Part shown: positions 14,908-26,693 of the stretch, piece after piece
Layout of the letters: every line of letters starts with the position of its first letter
Numbering within the stretch: position 1 is the stretch's first letter
DNA from: Trichinella spiralis
Taxonomy: Eukaryota
Length of the DNA stretch: 64,000 bases
Direction of reading: 5' to 3'
NCBI RefSeq assembly: GCF_000181795.1
Contig: NW_003526941.1
Coordinates: 10,937,751-11,001,750, forward strand
Made by a program: the position numbers and the translations under genes
Notes under the pieces: generated by a model
What the model was told of the DNA's origin: nothing
Databases searched by the model: none
What the model saw: only the letters and a program-made list of their open reading frames with translations

Positions 14908-16593
14908 AATACAATTGAAGCTGTTCAACAATTCATATAATAATTCAATTATGCGATGTACTTCTTAATTCAGTATTTGATTGGTGTTTACTTTGAATAA
15001 AAATTTTTGTGCTTTGTTAATGCGTGTTATTGGTGTTATGCTATCATCAAAAATAATGTTGTTTACATGAAAACTTGTCAGACGTCTTATTCGCGTTATT
15101 TATTGTACGTGATGATCGTAAACATTACTGTAAACACAATGTTAATTCTTTTTATATTTGTATTCGTATATTATTTGGTTTTGAAATTGTTTTCTTTCAT
15201 GTAAAATTACATTTTTATGTTTTCAATTCTTGAATCAAATAGAAGTGGCATACAGAAATGATCATCTATTCACTATAAGTTTCTTGCATTTTGTTGCAGA
15301 TTCAGTTGCGTTAAAATGAAAATTATCAAATATATTAAATTATGAAAACAAAGAACAAGAATATACAAAACGAAATACATGTAATTCATTCGACTATGAT
15401 AATTAAGTTTTGAAAATGATTGATGAAAAAAGTTCCCGCGCAAAATGCAAATTATGTGATACTTATTCAAAACGCGTGCTTTATACTTTGCTGTGTTGAA
15501 CATGCTTTTATAACGCAAGAATTTTAAATTATGTGCAAAAAATAAATAGTATTATATTGTCATATCTGATTAAATTTATAGTATTGTCATTTTTGCAAAA
15601 ATTTGAAGCGAACTGTTCAAGTAAGATACTGTATCTTATATTTGAAAAACCGGTTTTAGATTTTTGAAATCTTACTATTCCTCACTTTTCACTCACTTCA
15701 CTGTGCAATGAATGGTTGAGTGATCATTTGAGTTGTCACATTTGTATGTTGCCATTTAAATTACTGTTCAGTGAGTATTTTTAAATGATTTATTTAGCAG
15801 TTGTTATTGAATTAACCCTTGTTTTATGAATACAATTTAAGCTTATAAGTTTTATCATAATTAAAATTTTCTTGATTTTTAAATCCGAATTGTCGCTTTT
15901 TTTTGTTTCGTTCAGAACATGCGTTACTATTTCTCCGTTTTATTGTGATTTTGTATTTATTTTTCAAATTATTTTTTATTAATACACAGTTATATAGCCG
16001 TGAGGTTATTTTACCGCATCGTACATAGTGCATCGATAATTTATTTTATCAGTTGATGATGATTTGTTTTCTCTTTTCATTTTAGGTCAGAATAAATGTT
16101 CCATAATTCGTGCATGTTTACCGTCACTGAAATACCGAATTTGAAATTCATCAACGAAAATCAACTACCAGTAAATGTTTCAAATTGCTACTTTTCGTCT
16201 TTTTTAAAGGTAAGCACAGATTTTTTTATACTGTACTATTTGTTGCTATTTTCATTATGAGATGACTTTTCAAAATTATGTAAAAGAAGTTGTTTATGTA
16301 TATTTTTTAATTTTATCTACTGAATTGGTGAAATTTAGTTTCCTCTGTTGCAATATAAGTTTTTTGTGAAAAAAATCATTTTAAAGTTACAAACTGAGCA
16401 GAAAAACAAAAAATAGGCTTAGAAATTATGAATGTAGTGAAAGCAAATATTTACATGTGAACAAACATACAAAGTTGTTAGTTAAAGGTTGATTGTTTCA
16501 TTTTGATTTTCTTCCATTTGGCACCGATGTTTGCACGATTAAGGCCAATAAAAAGCCAATGTAAACTTTTTATTTCTTGAAAATGATTAACAT

Positions 16594-19500
16594 TCAGGTG
16601 GTGGTGGTGGTCGTTGTTGTTGTTGTTGTCGTTGTTGCTGCTTCTGCTGTTGTTGAGACAACATTTAGTATTTGATACGGAGAGTGAACAGTTTCTGAAT
16701 CACTACTTTCCACAGAATGAGGTGATTCCTATAAAGTCAATATTAACCAATGAAAAATTATTCCATTATGAAAATGGGGAAAATTATCCAAAACACTTGC
16801 ATCAATTTGTTCAGTTGCTTGCATATTTTCCACATCAATGTCAGGCTCATTGATTAGCTGCGGGTTTAGCTGTTGTTCATTTGTGCTTAGTTCAGTACTG
16901 TCGCAAGAAAATGGAGAGCTGAAAAATGATCAGTATAAAATTTTGATGCAAAGAAACATACAAAACAACAACACTGATTACTTGCTGTTTGCTTTTTCTT
17001 CGGTTACTTCAGGTTCGACGGTAATCTGATTCGGGGACCTGGTCCATTTCGAACTGTCCACACCATAACTTTCGATATCTTCCTCCTGGAGTAGATTCAC
17101 AAAAAAGAATTATAATCACAAAAAATTATTTGACTGATTGATTGGTTGATACTTTTTGAATATCTATTGGCATGTGGGTACTTGTATAGTAACGGAATCC
17201 GGTTAATTTTCCTGAAAATTTGTAAATTTTAATAATAATAATAATAATGATGATCTTGAGCAACTACCTCGAAGTCGACTTTCACGATTAATTCGAATTC
17301 TGCAAAACATTTCATATCGTCCTGTGCTGTTTCGTTCCGCTTCTGTACCGCTACAGCCGAGCTCTAGGTTGCTACCTTCCGTTGTTGCGTTGAAATTCGA
17401 TTCAAATTTAATCGTGGCGTTCAATCTAAGAAAACTTATTATTCAAAAAAAATAATAATTAAGGTTCACTGACAACAAAAAATGTATTTTTTTTCTTTAC
17501 ATACTTGATGAATCGTTTTTCCAAATTCTGCGACTCTTTTTCAAAGTGTTGTTCTATTAATTTTTCTGCAACTTCTTCTCCACATATCGGGCATGTGAAA
17601 TTTTCACATGGTCGATGTTCTGAAGAAAAAAAATTATTACTATTATTATTAATTTTCTACAAATCAATTTTGCTCAGTTTTGCAATGGGTCGAGGTCGTC
17701 GTTGTCTCGTATGTGCTGTTTGCCTCATTGGAGTTTTTGGAGAGGGGCATTGTTGAGAGCTTGACCAGGCGTGGAAAAGGAAAGAAAAGTAAAATATGGC
17801 GACGTCTAGTCTAATGGCAAGTCGGTTTAGTGCCCTGCTCACTGCTAGTGGGGGGGGGGGCCAAATTTGACTAAGGAGGAAACGAGATGATTAAAAATAT
17901 TCGCTATTTCTTTCTTTCACACCCATCGTGATATGTTGGCCAACATCACTGGCCGGAATCAGACAAAGGCAAAAGCATATTGTCGGCTATTGACTTTTTG
18001 TCCCCGGCCGCGGGAAATGAGCTCGTAAAAACCTTTTCCAATGGATGTCATGTTTGCCAAACACTGAATTGGCCCAAGTGTGATTTGGACGGCAGGAAAA
18101 GAGAAAAACATATATGTATATATATATGTTGGCGCCTGTTTATTCATTTTCATATTTTATATGCGACGAAAAAGACAAATATGATTCATCAACTTTTTAA
18201 ATATTTTTATTCATGCAACGATTTTGGATGAAAATATCCTTTTATTGTTCTAAAATTGAATCTATCTTGGCTGATGTATTTTATTATTTTTATGCTGTTT
18301 ATTATTGACAAAATGGTCTATTGTGATGCAAGAAAATTTCAACTGCCAACTAGCGACCAATATTCAAGCCAATAATGATAACCGCTGGACAAATTTGTCG
18401 ACTCTGTTATTGCCCATACGTATGGTCGAGGAAAACATTGAAATGACCGTTATTGCGATGAATGGATGTAATAAAATGCAAGCACAGAGAATGCACATCA
18501 TCAACATCAACATCAACCGCGTGATGAATAAAATGAATGTCAAATCGTTTATTTCAAACTCCTCCACGCTTTGCCATTTGTGCAAGTGAAACAAACTTGT
18601 CGTCTTCAATAATGCATCCATACACACTTCTTCTTTTACTTCAATTCACTATTTTTCTCATTTACAAGAAAGAAATTTCAAAATTTCAATTACAATTCTG
18701 AAATGAATCATACTGGCAATTAACTTGGATAATGTGATGGCTTTTTAAAGTTTCCTCTTTAAACAAGTGAAATGGAATGGAAAATTTTTAAACTTGTTGA
18801 TACACAACTTTGTCGTTAACTTGTAGATTGTCAATTTGGCCTATTTTCTCTGAAATGCTTACTGTATGCATGGTTAATATAGATGATGATTTCCAATATT
18901 CGTCATTTTTTGATTTGGATAGTTTGCAAATTTTCATAAACAACGTCAACTATTACACCTTTAGCCTCAGGAAATGATATATCCAAGCTGTCTGTTCGTC
19001 TGTCTGTCTGTCTGTCTGTCTTTGATGGACATGCAGCTGTGCATAATTTTCATCACAAGCAGCTTATAAAATGATGTTGGCATACCGACTGACGGTGGTG
19101 CGTCTCTGGTCGACAAGGACGTGCACCAATTTGTCACAAAAAAGTGACGTTCAAAAGCGACGCGCTCGACCGTGCAACTATTTTTTCACTGCTTGACAAA
19201 GCGGAAATTGCGCTCTCTCATCCACTGTGAAACACGTTTTGATAATTGAATAATCAGAAAAGCAAAGAAAAAAAAAATTAATCTGAAAAACACTGAAAAT
19301 AATAATCCTCCAACATTGCATTTTTGTTTTCCCTACTCTAGATGAGCTTGAATTGAATATGAATATAATTTTGGGCGTTTTATTATGAAAGCTGGAAACG
19401 AGCGAATAAGCCAACGTAAATGTATTCTCTCCTCGAATGTTGTTGCAATGAGAAAAGGTGCAGTTTGCATATTTGATATTTCAATTTTCTAATGAAGAAT

Positions 19501-22074
19501 AGCAATTATCATTTGTTTGCCGACTTGAATGGCCCTGCTTCGCGCTTGATCGAACGTCATCATCTCAATGAGTAACGGCATATATGTGATTTTTTCACGA
19601 CTAATATCCCTTTCGGACTGATACAAAAAACATTTTTTGGAAAAATTCCCACCACCTCATAGTAGAGTAAATGGAAGAGGAAGAAATTTTCTTCACACTA
19701 CCGTTTTTCTCTTGGACTTCTTCGGGCAATTTTGTAATATTTTGTTTGAACAACAACAGTATGGTGAAAGAAATTTTCTTTCTTTTTTTGATTGGTATGA
19801 ACTTTGCAAAAAATAGCAAGCACAACAACGTTGAAAAGCATCGCGTTGAATCAGTTTGAATTGGAGTTGAATTTTGTGAAATGTCCTACCGAAAGAAAAG
19901 CGTGCAAATTTGTTTCGATTCAATTGAAAATGTGTGTTTACCAAAAAAATTTGTGAACTTTTGCAAGAAGATGCAATTTTTGACTTTGTGATTTTAAAAA
20001 TATACATATACATATATGCAAAAAGGAATCGCCCTTGAAGAAGCAGCTAGCCAGTTTTTGGTCTTTCTCTTGCCCTATTATTGTATGTGTGGGCACGACG
20101 TGCAAAAGAACAAGTTCTGCATTTGTGATTTCAGCAGGGGTTAGCCGGAAGCTTTCTCAGTGGGGTTCCAATTGTTTGGACGAGTTTCGTTGTTCGATTC
20201 TCAATTTTTTACATTCTCATCTATCTTGTCAGCTAATTTCGAAATCGAACCATGCCACAAATTGTCCATCATGTAAATATTGCCTTCACCAGCCCAAATA
20301 AAATCTGACAGCTAATTGCCAATATGATGTGCTGTGTGTGTTTGTGTGTGTTGTGTTCAAATTCAACGTTGAGCTAAATTGCCAAAAATGGCATATCCAA
20401 ACGACGGTCTAACGATAATAATAATAATAATAATAAAACTGATTATCCAATCCGACGACGTTAATATTATCATCATCACCAAATCTCATCAAAGCCAAAC
20501 TTTGTCAAATATGACAGCAAACCAAGTGCAATTACTGCTTTGATGGTCCACTAGATGCTGATCACCAAGCATGGAAAATTGAGAAATTGAAGAATATTCA
20601 TTACAAAATTGTAAACAACCGTGGTTTTTTTCTTATCACAAAAATCCCGATGTGTAACAAATTTGCTTTATCAATTCGACAGAGATATGAAACTTTTTTC
20701 TACAACTTGTTACCTTCAATACAGCATCTACATGTACACATGTATGTAGATGATATTATCTTTTTTGGTCATACAATGCACAATGAATGACGCACTTCTT
20801 AGGTTGCTCATTGCAGTTGATGATGATTCATTCAGTTGTTATGTTGATGCTTTACTGTGGTTAAATTTTCCTTTTATCTGTCAACGAGAACAGCTTTCTT
20901 AGCTTTCCAACTTTGACAACACATGTGATCTAGTTTTTATCATCATCGTCTTCTTCTTCTCACATTGAATAAGTTCTATCGAAAATTTAAATGAAAAAAT
21001 GCTTTTCAAAAGAAGCGAAATTGATACTCTCGTTGAACTTGCATAAGAGGGAAAAAAGCAAACAAATAAACAAACAAACAAACAATGCGTGACTAGTTTC
21101 TGCGTGTCGTGTTATTGCTCTTTCAACCTGATGAAAGGCGACCTGCTGTATGCATTTACATAGAGTTGGAGACGATTTGCAACACTTGCTTACAGTATAC
21201 ATTTTTGATGATGATGATGATGATGAATGTGAACCTCAAAAACTTTTGTTTGCCAACTAAACTGCAAGGGAACCTTCTCCAAATATACTGGCCAATAACT
21301 AACTAACTAACTAACTAACCGTGACCCTGGACTGAAGACATGATGATGCCCACTTGCAGGACATCAAAGCCAAGCCGCCGGCAGAGATAAATCACAGAAC
21401 TGATAATAATAGTAATAAAGGGGCCGCCTGGGTGAGACAATACAAAGCACGGGTGCTAAGCGCGCGGCTAGTGGTCACAAACGGGGGTCACGTACTTTTT
21501 CGAATCGGTTGTGATTCCTTGACCGACAACGGCGTGTTGGACACCTTCTGCAACTGGGCGATCACGTCGGCCAACGTCACCGGTCTGTCGACCGCCGAAC
21601 CCCGGCGCTCTTCCCCGGATGTCCACAACGTACCACTGTACCCGAAAGCCGACGAACCACCACCACTACTACCACCACCGTTGCCGCTGACGCTGCTGCC
21701 GCCACCGCCGTGGTTCGAGAGCATATGCAAATTTGGTCTGGCTAAGAATGGAAACAGCGACAGTCGTCCGGCTGCCGCCGCCGCCGCGGCATTCACCGAC
21801 TGCGGGAACAACGCCGACGCGAGCAGGGTCGGCGGTGGAGCCGTCGCCACGGGCAACAGTGTCGTCGTCGACGGGCATGATACCAGTGAATTTGTGAGCG
21901 GCGGCTGCGTGGGTAGCGGAGCTTGTTGCGCCGGGGGAGGTGGTGATGGAAGTTGGCCATTGTCCAAATTTAGACCTGCAAATAATTTCATTTCGGGATC
22001 AATTCAGATCAAATCAAACAACACTGCACAAATGAACACTGACTACCGAACATGCTGCCGCAGTTGGTGAACAT
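16594..22074 (-). CDS. RNF220-like protein (low-complexity N-terminus plus RNF220 middle region); no C-terminal RING seen
   Basis: A short first exon (MFTNCGSMF, ATG 22074; an upstream ATG at 22242 is possible) is followed by a Pro/Ala/Gly-rich exon about 21975-21496. A 3.9-kb phase-1 intron leads to HRPCENFTCPICGEEVAEKLIEQHFEKESQNL, then GRYEMFCRIRINRESRLRG. These resemble the RNF220 segments CPICQVLLRPSELQEHMEQE and RYQTFLRVRANRQTRL as recalled, not aligned. Acidic/Ser/Thr-rich last exons end at 16594. Confidence 0.7.
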
Positions 22075-22920
22075 CAATCCGAAAGTACGTCGAACGGTAG
22101 GGAAATTGTGCACCAAGCGACGATAGCTTAGATTGAGATTGGCGAAAAGCGCGAGACTGCGCACCACTTTTTCCACTGACTGCACTGTGCTGATACAACC
22201 GCCTGTCGGCAAGTTGAACTGACCAATCGGCGCTGGCACCATTGACCAATAAAAATCGACCAGTTCGTGTGTGGTCGATGGGCGATTGCTGTTGTCCACC
22301 AATGTTGTTTGTTCTCTTGAGCGGTTTCAATCATTTCAAAGGGAAATCGTGTATTAGTTCAGTGAAAGTTATTTTCCTTATTTTTTTTTCAAATCCGAGC
22401 TTTCAAACAACATCTGGTCGCATGATGATTCAAAAAGACATTTTTGATCAAAAGAAAAGATTATTTACACGAAAACTGCGTTTATTATTTTTTGTTATTG
22501 AAGTTAAATTTAAATTTATAATCGCGTTATTTGATGACAAATCTTTGTAGCAGCAGTAGCTGTTGCTGTTGTTGTAGTTGCTGTATACTGTACCGCGTTG
22601 CTGTCGAATGTACTCTTCATTTTGAAATTGAAATTCTCAGCAGCATTTTTTTGCACAATTTATTTTTGGAATTTCATGTGATAAATTTCAGATTTAATTT
22701 AAAAAATGAACTTCAACATAAACGATAAAAATTTGAAGATAAAAAGCGTACAAATATTAAAAATACATTTTAACGTTGAATTGGATTATGTGAAAAAATA
22801 TCTGTTGAAATAGAAACAATTTTTTGGCTTTTTTCCACCAGTTAAGGCAGTTATGTGACAAGGCAACACGGAGCACAAGTTGCAAATTTTCCAACATGTA
22901 AAAAAAAGAATTTTCCCACA

Positions 22921-22948
22921 GAGAGAGAGAGAGAGCGAGAGAGGGAGA
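22921..22948. repeat. Imperfect (GA)n microsatellite
   Basis: gagagagagagagagcgagagagggaga. Confidence 0.8.
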
Positions 22949-23252
22949 GTTACTGACAACAAGGTAAAGCTTGAATTTGATACTAATTGTATTTTGTGAT
23001 TGATTTCAATTTTGCTACACTTTTATTATCAGCTTTTCAATTTCGACAAACGTTGTATTTAGTACGTTATTAATTCAATTGCCAATTACCAAAACTTGGA
23101 TCGTCATCACCATCATTGTAATTATTTTACATGAGAAATTTTAAAATTCGCTTTGAGAAAATGCTTTGCAATTTTTGAGAAACTTTACGCTTTCTTGTTC
23201 AAAGTTGAGTTGCACACTTTTTCAATATTTATTCTGCTTGTGTCATTCACAA

Positions 23253-23275
23253 ATATATATATATATATATATATA
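23253..23275. repeat. (AT)n microsatellite
   Basis: Run of about 11 AT units. Confidence 0.85.
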
Positions 23276-24920
23276 CATATGCGATACAAATCTCATCGTC
23301 GATGCAGATCTTATCTTGTTTTTGCAGTGTTTGATTTTTTCCATTTAAAAATACAATCTCGTTAACATTTGGTCGCATATTGAAAATAATACTATACAAT
23401 CTACAATCTCCACATTTGGTGTGTTCCGTTATTTTCATTCACATATTTGTCAAGTAAATTGCATTCTATCAGTTACTGTAGAAATGGAAACAGTATTTCA
23501 ATTTTTATTCAATAATTGCAACACTTTTAAAGATCACTAAGATTAGCATTGTTTTCTAGCCGGAGTGATTTTACCTAAAGAATTTGAATTTTTATTCTCA
23601 AAAATAAGATTTTCAATTTCTTGTTTCTATCTATATACACAAATTCATTTGAAATGAGTTTTCATCTCTCAACAATAAGACTAATTATTGTGTTCAACAA
23701 CGTATAAATTTAGCACGCCAAAGGCATACGGTTTACATATATCTCGTTTTCTTTATTTTTTTTATTTTCACATATCAACGAAACATTCTTATTGATATAC
23801 TTTTTTTTGATTCAACATTGATTGATGTAAAAATAAATTATCTCAATCAATAATCAAGAAAGAAGCTTAAAATACCGAGCGGATGCTTGTTGGTTGAATT
23901 GTTTGCTTGCTCTCGTGAGATGAAGAGTTATTAAAGGGAATAATTATCAACATTGAAGGAAGCGTGATGAATGGAAACTGACCCTAGTGTTTTGGGTGTC
24001 TTTTTTTTGTTCCTTTTACGTTCAAGTGGACCAAGATGACCAAAGTGCTTTGTGATCATCGGTTTGGAAGTATTTCGTTTTTACTTTTCATTTCCCATCA
24101 TCTCCCCCGATCAGCGATGATTATCCGATTCAGCTAACACCACTGCTACTATAACGTCGGTCGGTGTTTAATGGTCGGGTCGAGCAGTGGCGCCTCTTTG
24201 TCTAGAAGAACCGATGCCGACAAAGCGGGGCCGCTAATTAATCAACGCCCCTGAACACTAGCAGCGGTCACTTTGCAAGCAATTGCCAAAGCTTTCCGTC
24301 GACAACTAGCCGATTTATTATCGTCAATCATCAATGCGCTTTTATTGTGCTTTAGCTGGCAAAATTATTGCCTGCCTGCCATTGCTGGCTTTTCTATTCT
24401 TCAACCGCTTTTCACACTTGATTTCAATTTGGACAAATTGTCTCAACGTTTTTGTTCCACAAAGCAGCTGCTGTCAAACAGGTGCTCCTCACAAGCTGCT
24501 CTTCTCTTGCTGGAAAAATGTAAAACTTTTCATCATCAATACATACTACAAACACACTTGACCGATTATTGAAATTATTACCAACGCATACCATCATCTT
24601 TATCAACAAGAGAAAAACAATAATCATAAATGCAAGAAAACTGTTGTCATTTATATTCATTTTCCAACATTTCCATTTAAAAAGAACAATGCCAAACAGT
24701 ATATCTTATCTTGGACAAAATTATACCTATATCTGGTATGGGTAACAGTGTGCAGTGCAAGTTAATTATTTAAATATTATTTGAAGTTGCCAAAAATGTA
24801 AAGCAATTTTATTGAAACCAAAAACAAAATCGACGAACCTATTTTAATAACAATAAGTAAATAAATAATCAATCCTCCGATAATAATTGAAATGAAAAGC
24901 ATCATTCTGGAATGGAAATG

Positions 24921-26693
24921 TCAGTTCACCTTGAAGCTTCCATGTCGACCTTGACCATCGACGACAAACTTTTTAACGCCTATAAAAGTGGTGATGATTA
25001 TCGTCAAGCGTTACGCTAAACGAAAATCATGCCAATATTTCAGTTACAGTACAATTATTGTGTTCAAACTTATTTCTGTAGATGGGTGATTTGCACTTGT
25101 GCAAGCTCTCAACCCCCTCCCGCTTTTTCTGTATCCTACTGTTCACTTTTTCCAATTTCAAAATATAAAACAGGTTGCTTGCTGGTCACCGATGCAAGAC
25201 GTTCCAATGTTGGAATTTTTACAACTACTTACCCTTCTGCCAAGTTCCATTGGAGATCGCATTGTTGGCATTGCGCAATTCGAATTGCATCGCGTCTTCA
25301 AAATTGCACGATTCAAAAGTCGAATAATATACCGAATTGCGATCATTCAAGAGGGAAGTTTTTGGCAATGTGCCAATAATACGTGCCAAATTCATCGCTT
25401 GACCAAGAGCTGAACAGGGAACGAATTTGATTGTTTTTACCGCTACTGTTGAACCAACAAATGTCTATATATTATACCGGTTCCTGTATCGACGATACGA
25501 TTGGCCAGACCCCAGTCGAATGCAATTTTTCCGTTGATCTGTCGTCCTGTAATGATCATATCCAAAGCTCTGGAAAGTCCGATCATTTTTGGCAGACGAA
25601 CACTACCACCATCTGTCATCGGGATGTCTGAAAAATTGAATAAGAAAAAAAAACTAAATATTTCATTCACTTGTATGCGAATAGTAGATACCAAATCGGC
25701 GATTGTACATGCCAAGTACGGCGGTTTCTTCGACAATTCTCAAATCGCACATCAATGCTAATTCCAAACCACCGGCGACAGCGTAGCCATTCACCGCTGC
25801 AATGACAGGCTTTTCGAATTGTTTCAACGTTGGACCCTTAGAAGAAGAAGAAGAAGAAAATATCACAGTTGTATGAAAATTTCAGCCTCTATTGTAGTGT
25901 TCTATTTTACTAATGGGCGCGTTTTTGTACGCAAACATTCTTCGATCAGTGTCTTCATTTCGTCAGGACTTTTTGCCAACTCTTTCATATCGAAACCAGA
26001 ACAAAAATTGCCACCTATGTGTTAGAAATTAGCCGTGCTTTTTCTTTTTCATCATTCAAATACAAAAATTAACACATCATTCATACCTGAAAATCAAGTA
26101 TACTTTAAAATTGTTTAAATCAAACCAATTCACCTTTGCCATAGAGAACGGCCACGTCGAGAGTTGAACTTTTTTCGAAATCGTTGAACAATTCAATCAG
26201 CAATTGGGCGGTACGTTTGTCGATGGCGTTTCGCCTTTCTGGTCGGTTGATGCCTATCAAAGCAATTCTATCGATACTTTCCACAATTACTGAATCTTTT
26301 TTTTCTGCATCTAAAAATGGTGTTTTTCTTTTTCACAATGGCAATACTGAGATATCAGGAAAAACATTCCAAGCAATTTATCAGTGCCGTTTTCACAATA
26401 ATGCTCTTTGTAATTGATTTTGTAAGCATTTGTAAAAGTCGATTTATTCCAAAAGTCAAACGAACAATTCATATGAACTTTACAGTGAATTTGTTTGAAA
26501 ATTATTTTCATATTTTTCTACGCTAATAGCTAATAATGATGAGCTTACCGGAAAATTTTTTAGACGGTTCATTTCCAGTCGAATTTGTTCTTGTGGGTAT
26601 TATTTTGTTCACATGCAAGTAGAATAACTTTTTTAGTGACACTGTTTTCGCAGATGGAAAAATTTTCTTTAATTTAAATGGAACATTCATCAT
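24921..26693 (-). CDS. Crotonase/enoyl-CoA hydratase-isomerase family protein with a probable mitochondrial presequence, 7 exons
   Basis: Exon 1 [38 protein letters not shown] is basic and lacks acidic residues. Then [88 protein letters not shown], and last exon [19 protein letters not shown]. All junctions are GT-AG and in frame. Confidence 0.93.

Noticed and set aside
17661..17760. Exon-like segment SQQCPSPKTPMRQ... upstream of the RNF220-like CPIC exon
   Set aside because: I could not join it in frame with canonical splice sites, and the 21496 to 17619 splice is already in frame without it. It may be an alternative start but is unsupported.
17850..17860. G11 homopolymer as a G-quadruplex
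   Set aside because: A single short run, too short for a canonical four-tract intramolecular quadruplex.
21354..22070. 238-aa plus-strand ORF
   Set aside because: Antisense shadow of the GC-rich low-complexity exon of the RNF220-like gene; the splice signals support the minus strand.
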